The notes under the pieces are model-generated. The model was not told the DNA's origin, did no database searches, and was given only the letters and a program-made list of their open reading frames with translations. Shown here piece by piece: positions 38,297 to 50,720 of a DNA stretch of 64,000 nucleotides (position 1 is its first letter; the number at the start of each line of letters is the position of its first letter). Source of the DNA: Octopus sinensis (Eukaryota); contig NC_043013.1 of assembly GCF_006345805.1 (NCBI RefSeq), forward strand, positions 3,844,001 through 3,908,000, in the 5' to 3' direction. The translations under genes and the position numbers were made by a program.

Positions 38297-38995
38297 ATTA
38301 ATTCTTCTTCTTATTATTATTAATATCATATTTTACTTCTGAGAGGTCTCGATCTTACTTGCTCAGGTTAATTATGTGAGAGCTGACAACATCCAGTTGT
38401 CAAAGGTCTCACAAGGACTCTTTCCGCAAATTATAAGACTTTATAATTTATGTGTTACGTTTTGTGGTAGATATTCAACACCCAAGTATCAATCTCAAAA
38501 CCCTAGCTGTCCCCAACAGAGCAGTCTTTTTGGTCATGCAGTGTCCACATATCAATTCTAATTTTTCCGATACATTTCTCGAACTTGGTAGTTAGTACTC
38601 CGAGTGTCGCTGCAACAACAGGGACGACATTTACTCTCTTCATTACCTAATTTCATCTTTTAGTAACTTGTATTTTCCCACCTTTTCCAGCTCTTTGTCA
38701 CCTGTGCGTGCATATCCACTTATTTCAAAATATATCTTAGTTCGATAGGCGGTGAGGCAGCAGAATCGTTAACACGCCGAGCAAAATGCATAGCGGTATT
38801 TCGCCCGTTTTTACGTCTGAGTTCAAATTCCGCTGAGATCCACTTGCCTTTCATCCTTTTGGGATCGATAAAATAGGTACTAGTCATATACTGAGGCTGA
38901 TGTAATCGACTAGCCCTCCACCCACAAAAAAGTTCCGGCCGTGTGCCTATAGTAGAAAGTATTATTATTATTATTATTATTATTCCAGGCAGTGA

Positions 38996-39093
<98 letters not shown>

Positions 39094-39140
39094 TCGAAAA
39101 ATACCTTAGGAATGAGAACCCAGGTTCGAAATTTCCCTAA

Positions 39141-39186
39141 GACACCTGATGAAGGCTGGAGGATATATCAGCCGAAACGTTGTGTT
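39141..39186 (+). ncRNA. Minimal type I hammerhead ribozyme motif (identical second copy)
   Basis: Same sequence as 37986-38031. Confidence 0.72.
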
Positions 39187-39349
39187 AACAGCAAACAAGA
39201 TGAGGACAAATATCCATCAAATGAAAATAAAGTACATAATTCCTCATCTCTTAAATATAAAACTGGATGATGATGTAGTCTACGAGCCTTCACTACCAAA
39301 ATTTCAGGCCTTGTGCTCATAGTAGAAAGAATTATTATTATTATTATTA

Positions 39350-39386
<37 letters not shown>

Positions 39387-39480
39387 GCTGTTGTTGTGTT
39401 GTTGTTGTTGTTATTATTATTATTGTTGTTGTTATTATTATTGTTGTTGTTGTTGTTGTTATTTACTTTTTATCTACATA

Positions 39481-39754
39481 TTTGTTACAATCACTTGTCG
39501 AGACACACCCAACCCCCTAGGGTGAATGAAGGATAAGAGATGTTACAATATGACTTCAATGACTGGCTCAAGATAATGTCTGTACCTGTAAGCATGAGTG
39601 GCCGATGTTGTAGTGTTTACATATTTTCCGATATAAATACTGTCCTACCCTATTGTGACAATTTTTTTTGTATTCGTTTGGTGTCAGTACAGCACATCCC
39701 GAAACGAGATGGTCTACTGTTTCGTCAAATATGTCGCAAAATCTGCATTTATTA

Positions 39755-39755
<1 letters not shown>
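39481..39755 (-). mobile_element. RLE-type LINE fragment
   Basis: DNKCRFCDIFDETVDHLVSGCAVLTPNEY...HNRVGQYLY; 5' junction directly in (AAT)n. Confidence 0.8.
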
Positions 39756-39818
<63 letters not shown>

Positions 39819-40121
39819 GTTTCTTTCTTCTTTCTTCAAATTTTCTTCCGTTTCTCGCCGTGTGTTTTACATACACCTAGGGCAGAGAAGCTCATTGTAT
39901 GCATTTCCAGATTACACACGCAAATTCACAGATAAAATATGTATTTTAAAAATTAATAAATAAATAAATTCATGAATGGATGTTGTTTTCACAGCGATAA
40001 TGCTCTTCCCAGTACATGAGCCGTTCCAGTTAATACGATTTTTTGCACTTCCTGTAGGGATGGTAAGCCTGGTATCATTTTCAAATAGGTTTCAGTTCCT
40101 GTTTTTGAAACCTATTTGAAA

Positions 40122-40166
<45 letters not shown>

Positions 40167-40168
<2 letters not shown>

Positions 40169-41030
40169 GAAATCTCACAGCTCATGTTGCTGGGTATGAT
40201 AGAAAGTATCAGCTGTCCACAACCAGCAGACTAAGGTGACACTTTTTTACTGGTCATGCTTCAAGAATCTTGCGAAGAATTCTTGCACTTCCACGCAATG
40301 CTGATTTTTGTAGGTGTTCTACCTTTACATTTGTACCAATCTTTTTAGCCATATTAGTAGCTGAGTGCTGATACTTCCAAGTGCACCAATTACTATTTGT
40401 ATCACGTCTACTCTCTTCATTGGCCACAACCTTCGTATTTCCCACTTCAAATCGTCATAGTTGTTTATTTGTTCTTCTTCTTTCACGTTGACCCTGTTGT
40501 CACCGGGGCATGCTATGACGATTATCATATATGATCTTTTTTATTCACCACAACAATGTTCGGCTTCCGATGTCTGGTCGGATGATCGCTCCGGATGAGT
40601 GCATTCCACAGGATGTTGAAATTGTCATTTTCGGTGACTCCTTCTGGAGTTTGCTCATACCACGTCTTTGCTATTTGTAGGCCGTGATTTCCATCGAGCT
40701 CCCAATGGATCATTCTTGCCATATTGTCATGGTGTCTTCTGTATTCGCGTTGTGCCAATTTCGGGCATTCGCTAACGGTGTGCCATACCACTTCACACAC
40801 CTCACCTCACATTTCTGCATTTGTTGTTATCAGTAGTGTTGTCTATTCTACACTTCATATAGTTGATCCTTAGTGCTTGTTCCTGAGCTGCGCATATGAG
40901 TGCTTCTATCTCTATCTTCAGGTCTCTCCTCCTCATCCATAGCCACCGGTTCTCTGTATCTGTCTTGGCGTTCACATCTCTTGCCTTCTGACCGTACATT
41001 TTCTTTTCATTCCATGCTTTTTATTTTTTG
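40167..41030 (-). mobile_element. RLE-type LINE 3' fragment
   Basis: EALICAAQEQAL, HTVSECPKLAQREY, RKPNIVVV, YDDLKWEIRRLW, IVIGALG, LQKSALRGSARILRKIL; tail (AAT)n. Confidence 0.85.
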
Positions 41031-41372
41031 CTTATTTCCTATTTAAATTTTTCTTTAGTTACACAATTTTCACTTTTTTTAATGACGCCAGCCGTCTTCG
41101 TGTGTTTCAACAGCGGCTTCACGGTATTTCTTATATATCACCCTAAGCTGTATCTGCTACTTCGATACAATCCTAGCAATTGAATAATAATAATAATAAC
41201 AACAATAATATGCCTTTCAACCTTTTAGGGTCGAGAAAATAAGTACCAGTTGAGCACTGGGGCTGATGTAATCAATTTATCCCCTTCCCCCAAATTGCTG
41301 GCCTTTCATCAAAGTTATTATCATAATAATAATAATAATAATAATAATATAATAATAATAATAATAATTATA

Positions 41373-41425
<53 letters not shown>

Positions 41426-41426
<1 letters not shown>

Positions 41427-42310
41427 AGAAAATGCTCTTCGTCCCCTTTTAGAACTATCCCGGGAGATTTGCAAAGATCGCTACCTCTATATTGCCGTCG
41501 TCGACTCATTCGACACAGTAGTCCACTCATCTCTCTGGATAATTCTCAAGCTCGTCGACACATCTCCCAAGATTATTTCCCTGTTACAAAGGCACTATAG
41601 CAATGCCGAGAGCTGCGTACGGGCGAAGGAGAAGGACTCCTCGACATCGGGGTCAGGCATGGTTGCATTGCCGTCCCGATCTCTGCAACTGTGTCATCGA
41701 TTATTTAATGACCAAGGTCTGTGAGCGAGTCTCTGACGTTATCTTCGGGAACTACCACTTTACCGACCTGGAGTATGCAGACGATTCTATCTTATTTAGC
41801 AACTCGATCAACCAGCCTAGAGACACATTGACCATATACCAAGAAGAATAATCAAAGCAGGTAAGTTGGGCGAAGACCAACTGATGCATGTTGGTAATGG
41901 CTCGGACCCTCCCCCCTCTCCATATTAGCCCAGACGTGGCGGATTTCGTCAGCTCCTTCATCTACCTGAGCTCCACAGACACCAACAATGGAAATCTGAC
42001 CACGGAAATCAAACGCATATGTGGTCTGGTTACTGTGGTCATGTACTCCCTATGGAAGCCCCTTTTGCATCACAGCTCTACCTTCCGGAAGACAAAGCTC
42101 CGCACCTGTATCGCATCGCTCCTCTCCGTTCTCCTTTAAGGAGCAGAAACATGGCCGCTCATGAAGACTCTGGCAAATAGGATCGACCGCTTCGATAGCA
42201 GAGCCCTGAGAGCCATCGAGAACATCAGATAGTGCCATTATGTTTCCAACAAAGAACTGCTTGCGCGCACGCATCGTCCCACAGTCTCTCACCTCATAGC
42301 TATCTGCCGC
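41426..42310 (+). mobile_element. RTE-clade RT remnant
   Basis: FTDLEYADDSILF, FIYLSS, KTKLRTCIASLLSVLL, GAETWPL, RIDRFDSRAL. Confidence 0.78.
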
Positions 42311-42403
42311 ATGTCACCAAAGTTATCTTTGTCTCTTGTCCTTTAGGGTCTGATAAAACAGCAGCAACCCAAAGATAAGTTAAAAGAACAGTATGTGTAT
42401 ATG

Positions 42404-42478
<75 letters not shown>

Positions 42479-42578
42479 ATATATTATTGCGATGTAGGTG
42501 TATAAAGTTTGAATGTAAATTCGTCCTTTAATTGGAGGAATCCCTAAAATGATTTCTAATGTTGATTCTTGATATTTA

Positions 42579-42631
<53 letters not shown>

Positions 42632-42954
42632 TATGTATGTGTGTGTATGTATGTATGTATGTATGTAAGTATGTATGTATGCACGTGTGTGTGTGTATGT
42701 GTGTGTGTGAATATATAAGATCCAAAGATCGTGGTGTAGGAAAAAAGTTAGCTTCAAGCAGTCCGTAGTAAATGTAATAAAACAACTTTCAAGGACAATA
42801 GTGATTTATTGAGACGGAAGGTCGTAGATCTTTTTTCGTATCGAAGTACGATAAACTGAAAAAAAGTTCCTTTTTATATTTCACGGTAGGCGATCAGGGT
42901 TGGCAAGTATGCGAATAAGAATACAAGATCCGGGCTGCATATGTTTCATAGATT

Positions 42955-43343
42955 GGCGCAGGAGTGGCTTTGTGGTAAGAAGCTTGATTCCCAACCACAT
43001 GGTTCCGGTTTCAGTCCCACTGCGTGGCACTACTATAGCCTCGGGCCGACCAAAGCCTTGCGAGTGGATTTGGTAGACGGAAACTGAAAGAAGCCTGTCG
43101 TATATTTGTATATATATATGTGTGCGTGTGTGTTTGTGTGGCTCTGCTTGACCCCCCACCTCAACATCGCTCGACAACCAATGCTGGTGTATTTACGTCC
43201 CCGTAACTGAGCGGTTCGGAAAAAGGTACCGATAGAATAAGTACTAAGTTTACAAAGAATAAGATCTAGCGTCGATTTTCTCGACTAAAGGCGGGGCTCC
43301 AGCATGACCACAGTCAAATGACTGAAACAAGTAAAAGAGTAAA
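42955..43343 (+). mobile_element. SINE family B
   Basis: Homologous to 12091-12497. Confidence 0.88.
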
Positions 43344-43486
43344 AGCGCAAGTGGAACCTTGAAAGTGGTAAAAATTCAAGCGAGATGTCTACTCCAGGCC
43401 AAGGATACCTTGATTAAATGAAAGTTTACATTGTCGAATGCAACTTCGATATTTACCTCTTCACACACACACACACACAACACACA

Positions 43487-43545
<59 letters not shown>

Positions 43546-43639
43546 AATGAGAAAATAAAGAAAATGAATAAAATTCACTTACAGATGTTATATAAAAACA
43601 TTCAAATTCACACAGAGAAATTCCTGTCTATAGCTGTTA

Positions 43640-43823
43640 AAGCCACTACACGCTTTTTTTTCTCTCCTTGTTTCTCTCCTTGTTTTTTTCTGTGTCCCTT
43701 TCGCTAGAAGAGCGTAGGTCCGAAACGTATAAGACTTTTTCTATTCCTGAGCATTATACTAATACATCTGTTTGTTTTGTACATCACCTGTCTTTGTCTT
43801 TTGTTTTTTCGTAAACTCTCCCT
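43640..43823 (+). mobile_element. Penelope-type terminal repeat with degenerate hammerhead (43697-43734)
   Basis: Homologous to 61925-62120 and revcomp of ~49010-49146; ends at (TA)n; contains GAGC-GTAG-stem-GAAACG. Confidence 0.55.
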
Positions 43824-43919
43824 ATATATATATAACCCTTAGTGATTAGCCATATTGAGATGCCAAGTATACCTCATATATATATATATTGATTGATTGA
43901 TTGATTGATTAAATCTTCC

Positions 43920-44987
43920 ATGTGTTTACATGCCTCCTTGCGACAATGTAAACTTTCATTTAACCAAGATATCCTTGGCCTGAAGAGTGCATCAACAGTG
44001 ACGGAAGAAACATGACGGAATATCTGGTAAACAGTAAACAAGATCTGCAACGGTATGCTGCTACTGCAGAAGGATTTACCAAAAATGGACTTGAGAGTGC
44101 TCATGAATTCCGATTACAAATAGCCAACGAGAGAGAAGAAACCCTACTTCGCATGGAATTAAAAGTCAGTTCCACCGTGAAAGTAACAGCTTAAAGACCA
44201 GGAAGCATCAGGGCGGTGGCTCAGCAATGGTGACCACAAAAGGAAAACTGAAAGCCTAATCATCGCTGCCTAGGATCAGGCATTCAATACCAACTCAGTG
44301 AAAAGGGATATATACCACACAAGTGCAACGAACCTCTGCAGAATGTTTGGGAAGAGGGTCGAAAGCGTGACTCACATTGTTAGTACTCGTAAAAGTCTTG
44401 CGCAGAAAGAGAACGAGTGAAGACACAACAAGATAGCCCCAAACTTTCACTAGATCCTATGCCGGAAGTGTGGATACGAGGCAACGGGTGCTTGGTACCA
44501 ACATACATCGGAAAAGGTAATGGACAAAAGGGGGAAGGCAAAATTCCTATTTGACTTCCAGACAGATAAGATCTCAGAGCACACCGAAGGCAGGATATAG
44601 TAACCCTTAGAAGGGACAAACAAAAGTACCTAATAATCGACGTGGCAATGCCAGAATATCAACATATCAAAGAGAAAAGATTGATAAATATGGAGACCTG
44701 AGAATTGAGATCGCTAAGATGTGGCAGCTACAAGAGTCAAAAGTAAATATTCCTATTGTCAGTGGAGCACTGGGTTCAATACTACTCAATCTGAAAAGGA
44801 AAAAACAGCTGAAAACCTTAGAAATACCTTACGATCTATGCGTATTGCAAAAACCGGTATTACTTGGAACTGCACGCATATTGTGTAAAGTACTGTCTGT
44901 CAGAGGTCCATGTTGTAACTTGACAGACAGTATAAACTCCTGGTAGACACAATATCTTCAATCAACAACATCACGATATTGGATGAT
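43920..44987 (+). mobile_element. RLE-type LINE 3' fragment
   Basis: KRKTESLIIAA, IDVAMP, RIEIAKMWQL, IVSGALG, LQKPVLLGTARILCKVL; tail (AAT)n. Confidence 0.82.
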
Positions 44988-44999
44988 AATAATAATAAT

Positions 45000-45295
45000 A
45001 ACCTTTTGTACTCTAGGTACAAGACCCGAAATTTATTGACCTCGAAAGGATGAATGGCAAAGTCAACCTCGGCGTAATTTGAACTCAGAACATAAAGACA
45101 GACGAAATACCTATTTCTTTACTACCCACAAGGGGAAAAACACAGAGGAGACAAACAAGAACAGACAAACGGATTAAGTCGATTACATCGACCCAGTGTG
45201 TAACTGGTACTTAATTTATTGACCCCGAAAGGATGAAAGGCAAAGTCGGCCTCGGCGGAATTTGAACTCAGAATGTAAAGGGCTACGTATTTCGC
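45000..45295 (-). mobile_element. Two adjacent SINE family C fragments (one with the Tx1-like tail)
   Basis: 45000-45110 and 45115-45295. Confidence 0.75.
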
Positions 45296-45353
<58 letters not shown>

Positions 45354-45356
<3 letters not shown>

Positions 45357-45806
45357 TAAACCTCTCGGCAAAAGAATTTGATAAGCTCAGAAAATATGAA
45401 GATTTGTTGATTGAAAACGAAAAAAATGTGGTCTCTTAAGATTAAAATGCCAGTGATTGTAGGAGCACTTGGATTGATCAAAAAAGGAACTGAAAATTAT
45501 TTGAGGACGATCCCTGGTTTATCTTCCATGCAGGAAGTGCAAAAGAATATCTTAACTGGTAAGTCATACGTATTGAGAAGAGCATTGTCGCTGTAAATTT
45601 TCTTTCCTTTTTCCCTTTTATTTTTTTTGTTTTCTTTTTAATTTTTCCTTCTTTCCTCCCCCTTTTTTTCTATCACGTGACTTTGTAAATGAGCAATCTG
45701 GTGTGTCTATTTTAATGGCCTACTAATGTATAGAGTGAGATTCTTTGCCTCAGGTGTCGGGAAGACATTCAGCAAGAAATGGAAACAAAATTGAAAGAAA
45801 TAATAA
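45354..45806 (+). mobile_element. RLE-type LINE, short 5'-truncated copy
   Basis: KEFDKLRKYEDLLIE, MWSL, PVIVGALGLIKKG, VQKNILTG; 5' junction in (AAT)n. Confidence 0.82.
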
Positions 45807-46268
45807 AGCTTTGTTTATTTACCACATGGGTTCGAAGAGAAACAAAAATTCGTTGAAGTACTTAGAAATACGTGTGCGATGAGGACAACTCAAGTTATAT
45901 AGAGACGAAGGGAGGGATGAAAAATGCTTTACAATTAAAGACAAATTAAAAATTTATATAATAGGTAATTACCCAGTCATAAATGAAATGCATAATAAAA
46001 CATACAATAACTAGAACAAGGTATAATTAAAAGGAAATAAAACATGAAAATTGGATTGGGCTCCCGTACATATATGGCGGAGAAAGCTACAACTGGTTAG
46101 TTTTCTTGCTATCTGCTGTTAGAGTTATCGTCTGACGTTGCTTATTTGCTGTTTCGTGCTTCCGAAGTCACTCGTTAACATCTATTTTATTTGATTGGGG
46201 AAGACAACAACCCATGTCTTCAGAGTAAGACTGTTTCAATTTGTTGAAATGGCTTTTTATGAATTTTT

Positions 46269-46377
46269 CCACTGCGTGGCACCTTGGGCAAGTGTCTTCT
46301 ACTATAGCCTCGGGCCGACCAAAGCCTTGTGAGTGGATTTGGTAGACGGAAACTGAAAGAAGCCCGTCGTATATATG

Positions 46378-46433
<56 letters not shown>

Positions 46434-46657
46434 CGTGTGTGTGTTTGTGTGTCTGTGTTTGTCCCTCTAGCATTGCTTGACAACCGATGATGGTGTGTTT
46501 ATGTCCCTGTAACTTAGCGGTTCGGCAAAAGAGACCGATAGAATAAGTACTGGGCTTACAAAAGAATAAGTCCCGGGGTCGAGTTGCTCGATTAAAGGCG
46601 GTGCTCCAGCATGGCCGCAGTCAAATGACTGAAACAAGTAAAAGAGTAAAGAGTAAA
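46269..46657 (+). mobile_element. SINE family B, 5'-truncated
   Basis: Homologous to 12091-12497. Confidence 0.88.
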
Positions 46658-46679
46658 GCCTGTCCTTCCCGTGTCCTCT

Positions 46680-48190
46680 ATATTCCAACCTCAGCTGCCA
46701 TTTTTACATTACTGGAATACGTGATTTTGTCTATTAGCTGTTGTTTTGATTTTCGAAGGACGGTGAATCTCGGTTGATCGTCCATTTCTTCACAGTCTTC
46801 ATTATTTCTCCGAGACAGAGATTCATTTGTTGTTTTGAGAAAGTTGTCCCTCCGTACCCGATTTAGTTTCTTTTGATCTTTTATGACTTCTTTTTTTTCC
46901 TTTTGTACTTGCCCAAACTGTTTGGACATTTTCTTCTGCACCATTATCACTTCTTTGTAACAGAATGATGGAACGATGCTACTGGTTTATATTGTTAATG
47001 GACGAACGGCAGTTAGCTCACTTGTTTTAAGGACTGGGTACGAAGCGATCTCTGTCATTTCCAGATCCCTGATTGTGCCCCGGAAACCGAGGTTTGCTAC
47101 ACTTGTTGCTGCATTTGATGGCCTCACTTCCTTTGTTATTTTGTTTTCTTCCCTATTGCTTCTAGTTCTTTCAATCAAAAGTCCCCGAGATAACTCTTAT
47201 TACATGTGTAGCAACTAGGCTCTTTGTTTTCCATCACCTTATCTAATTGTTTTTTGTCTTAGTGCTTTTACCTGGGCACAGATCCAGTACGATCTTCTAG
47301 CCTTTGAGGCTCCTTAGAACTCGTAAATACATTTTGATGCCATTTAGTTACAAGTCATCTTGCTCGTAATGCTATAAAAAGTGACTACTACCCACAGATT
47401 CACATCGTTTTAATATCCCTTATCGTCGTTCATGTATTTTTCTGTTCTATATACTGGAACACCGGTTTGTGGATTATGGATTATCTAACAACTTTTCATC
47501 CGGTGTTTTGACGGAGTCTTCCTTCTTGAAAGTGCTACAGACTATTTGTACCATTAATTTATCTTTTCCATTGAGAGAACTTTTGAAATTTCATACTCCT
47601 ACTTTTTAAAAAGTCGGGATATATAATTTTTCTTTGCTCTTTCTTTTAGAGTCTTCAGCAAAGACGTAGATTCTCACAACTAAGTTTTCTCGAGATTTCT
47701 GTAAAATCTAAAAATTCTGTTTCTCTCTTGACAAAGACAGGACTGTCTTTAACACAGTTCTATATGAACGAATTAACATGCTTGTTTCGGTGCGAGTATT
47801 GTTGTTGCTGTTACCGTTATTTTCAAAGCTGCCCGTTAGACTGTTCAAAATATTTTCTTCTATTAATTGTTCATTAAAAAGTTCATTATTTCCTCTTTTT
47901 GTTAATTTTGTGGTACCATTTGTTTCCAACCCGTCTTTTTCGACTTCTTTGCTTTTGTATTATTTTCTTTGTATGACGTGCGTATCTGTCAGATATTTTG
48001 ATGTGAAGTGTGGTGAAAATGTGGAAGCAAATAAAACAAAGTCTGTAAAAACAAACGTTTATTTGTCTAACCACATGTATCGGGACGGGCTATCCTTTTT
48101 GGCAAGTACCCCGAAATATTTTCATTTGGTAATGATTGAAGAAAGTCGTGTTTCGGAGAGAGAAGGAAAATATGTGTTCACGCTACGAGA
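46680..48190 (-). mobile_element. Probable degenerate 5' region of an RLE-type LINE
   Basis: K/E/N-rich broken minus-strand frames bounded by (ATT/ATG)n; only weak motif similarity. Confidence 0.35.
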
Positions 48191-48222
48191 GTCAATAATA
48201 ATAATAATCATAATGATGATGG

Positions 48223-48274
<52 letters not shown>

Positions 48275-48684
48275 AGTAATAATAATAATTATTATTATTA
48301 TAATGACGATTATGGTAATGATGATAACGACGATCACGATAATGAAAATAAGACAGGACTCTCTCCCGATCTTAGCTTTTGTTTTTGATGTTTTTATCGA
48401 ATATGCATCGGTTAAAAGAAATAATATTTATAGAAAAATAACGTCATCCTCAGGAGCTGCTTAACGTAGATTATACTCTCAGCGTACAAAGATAATATGC
48501 ACGCCTCTCACCTCACGTCTCTATTGCTTCTTTCTTCTATCGCAGCCCTCAGAATAGGGGCTTAGGAAGTGGGGTGAAAGGTAAAAACAGACTAAGGCTG
48601 TATAAGGGTCAGAAAACGTGGTCAAGCCAGCACCAAAATTACAGGGACGTTTGGACTTATATGTATGATTATATTTATGTATTT

Positions 48685-49010
48685 TATGTTTTACTTGCTT
48701 CCGTCATTGGACTGCGGCCATGCTGGGGCACCGATGTGAAACGTTTAGTCGAACGAATCGATCCTAGTACTTAAATTTAAGTCTGCTAATTATTCTATCC
48801 GGTACTTTTACTGAACCGCTAAGTTAGGGAGTGTCGGTCCCCGCCACCGCTTGACAATAGGTGTTAGTTGGATACGCCCCTGTTATCTCACGGTTCGGCA
48901 AAACAGAGCGATAGAATAAGTATCAAAGTTTAAAAAATAAGCTTTGGGGTTGATTTAGTCGATTAAAATTTAAGGCGGTGCTTCAGCATGGTCGCAGTCT
49001 AATGATTGAA
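48685..49010. mobile_element. Two SINE B 3' modules head-to-head
   Basis: Minus copy ~48685-48830, plus copy ~48835-49010. Confidence 0.7.
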
Positions 49011-49727
49011 AAACACACACACACATATAAACACAGTTCGAATAAACAGAAAACAAAAGACGAACAAAAGACGAATACGAGCAGCTGTATTAGTTTGACG
49101 CTCGAGAAGTCTTTGACGTTTCGTACCTACGCTCTTCGACAATGTGCAAACGTTTGTGTATAGCAGTTGATGTGTGCTTGTTCGAATGGTCTGTGCACGT
49201 GTGTGTGTGCGTGTTAGTGCATGGAGTGTGTATGTGTATGTATGTGTGACCCTATAGTGTGGATGTGTATTGTGTATGTCTATGTGCGAAAGTTGTGTGT
49301 TTTTGCGTGTTGTGTGCGTGTGTTGATTGTCTGTGTTCAGGCATCTTGTGCGCATGTGCATTGCATGTGCTTTTTGGACTGAATGCTGCGCGTAGTGTGG
49401 AAATGCATAGAGGTACGAGGTGGGAAAGGGATGACGAGAGATAGGAGTTGGCAGGTGTTGGGTGTTTGTGTGGAGTGCGAAGGTGTGTGTGAATGCATGT
49501 ATATGTGAGGGTGTGTGGGAGTGTGTATAATAGTGTATGGTGTAGGCACTGAGTTGAACAGTGCGCAGGAGTGTTCATCCACTCCTGCACACTGTGTGTT
49601 AGTGCATAGAGTGTGTATGTGTGTGTGTATGTGTGACCCTATAGTGTGCATGTGTATTGTGTATGTTTATGTGCGAAAGTTGTGTGTTTTTGCGTGTGTG
49701 TGGTGAAGATATTGGATATATATATAA

Positions 49728-49922
49728 TTCTTTTACTTGTTTCAGTCATTTGACTGCGGTCATGCCGGAGTACCGCCTGTAGTCGAACGAATCAAAACCC
49801 AGGTCTTATTTTTTTGTAAGCCTGGTACTTATTCTATTGGCCTCTTTTGCCGAACCGCTAAGTTTTGGTGACGTAAATACACCAACATTGGTTGGGAAGC
49901 AAGCTTCTTACCACACAGTCAC
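49728..49922 (-). mobile_element. SINE family B with internal deletion
   Basis: 3' module joined to the head at a GGTTG microhomology (~49890). Confidence 0.78.
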
Positions 49923-50236
49923 GATATATATCCTTTATGTGAAATGTTTTTGAGTGCATTCATAAAAAGCCCCTATGATATTTATTCCGGCTACCAGTTA
50001 TTACTTTCATCTTCCAGAGTAATTTTATGGGATGGCTATCAGTTTGATGCCGCCATAGCGCAGGATAAATATAGTAATAACGAGAACTTTACAGCAGTGT
50101 TTGGAAGTAACGTGTGTAGCGTGAGTTCGTCGCATTGACCATGACAGAGGAAGTTGGATTGGATCTGTAGTCTCCGAATCAGATTTCTCCCTTCTGGTTT
50201 GAGAAGCCTAATTTCACAAGATTGGTATTTAAGCAG

Positions 50237-50426
50237 TATGTATGTATGTATGTATGTATGTATGTATGTATGTATGTATGTATGTATGTATGTATGTATG
50301 TATGTATACATGTATGTATGTATGTATGTATGTATGTATGTATGTATGTATGTATGTATGTATGTATGTATGTATGTGTGTATGTATGTGTGTATGTGTG
50401 TATGTATGTATGTATGTATGTATGTA

Positions 50427-50459
<33 letters not shown>

Positions 50460-50720
50460 TTGTATGTATGTATGTATGTATGTATGTTGTGTGTATGTAT
50501 GTGTGTATGTATGTATGTATGTATGTATGTATGTATGTATGTGTGTATGTGTGTATGTATGTGTGAATGTATGTATGTTGTATGTATGTATGTATGTGTG
50601 TGTGTGTGTGTGTATGTGTGTATGTATGTATGTATGCATGTGTGTGTGTGTATGTGTGTATGTGTGTATGTGCGTATGTATGTATGTATTTATGTACGTA
50701 TGTATGTATGTAAATTCATA
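50237..50720. repeat. (TATG)n/(TG)n microsatellite
   Basis: Seen directly. Confidence 0.95.

Larger units (their letters stand above)
37010..39330. repeat. Tandem duplication, two ~1.15-kb units bounded by (ATT)n(GTT)n(ATT)n
   Basis: 37155-38175 matches 38294-39330, apparently apart from microsatellite length and two 1-nt indels. Confidence 0.92.

Noticed and set aside
48060-48125. HDV-like ribozyme at a putative LINE 5' end
   Set aside because: I could not build the nested P1/P2/P3/P1.1 pseudoknot by eye.
47778-48464. 228-aa plus-strand hydrophobic ORF
   Set aside because: It is the antisense of an A-rich segment plus an (ATG/ATA)n tract; no recognisable domain.
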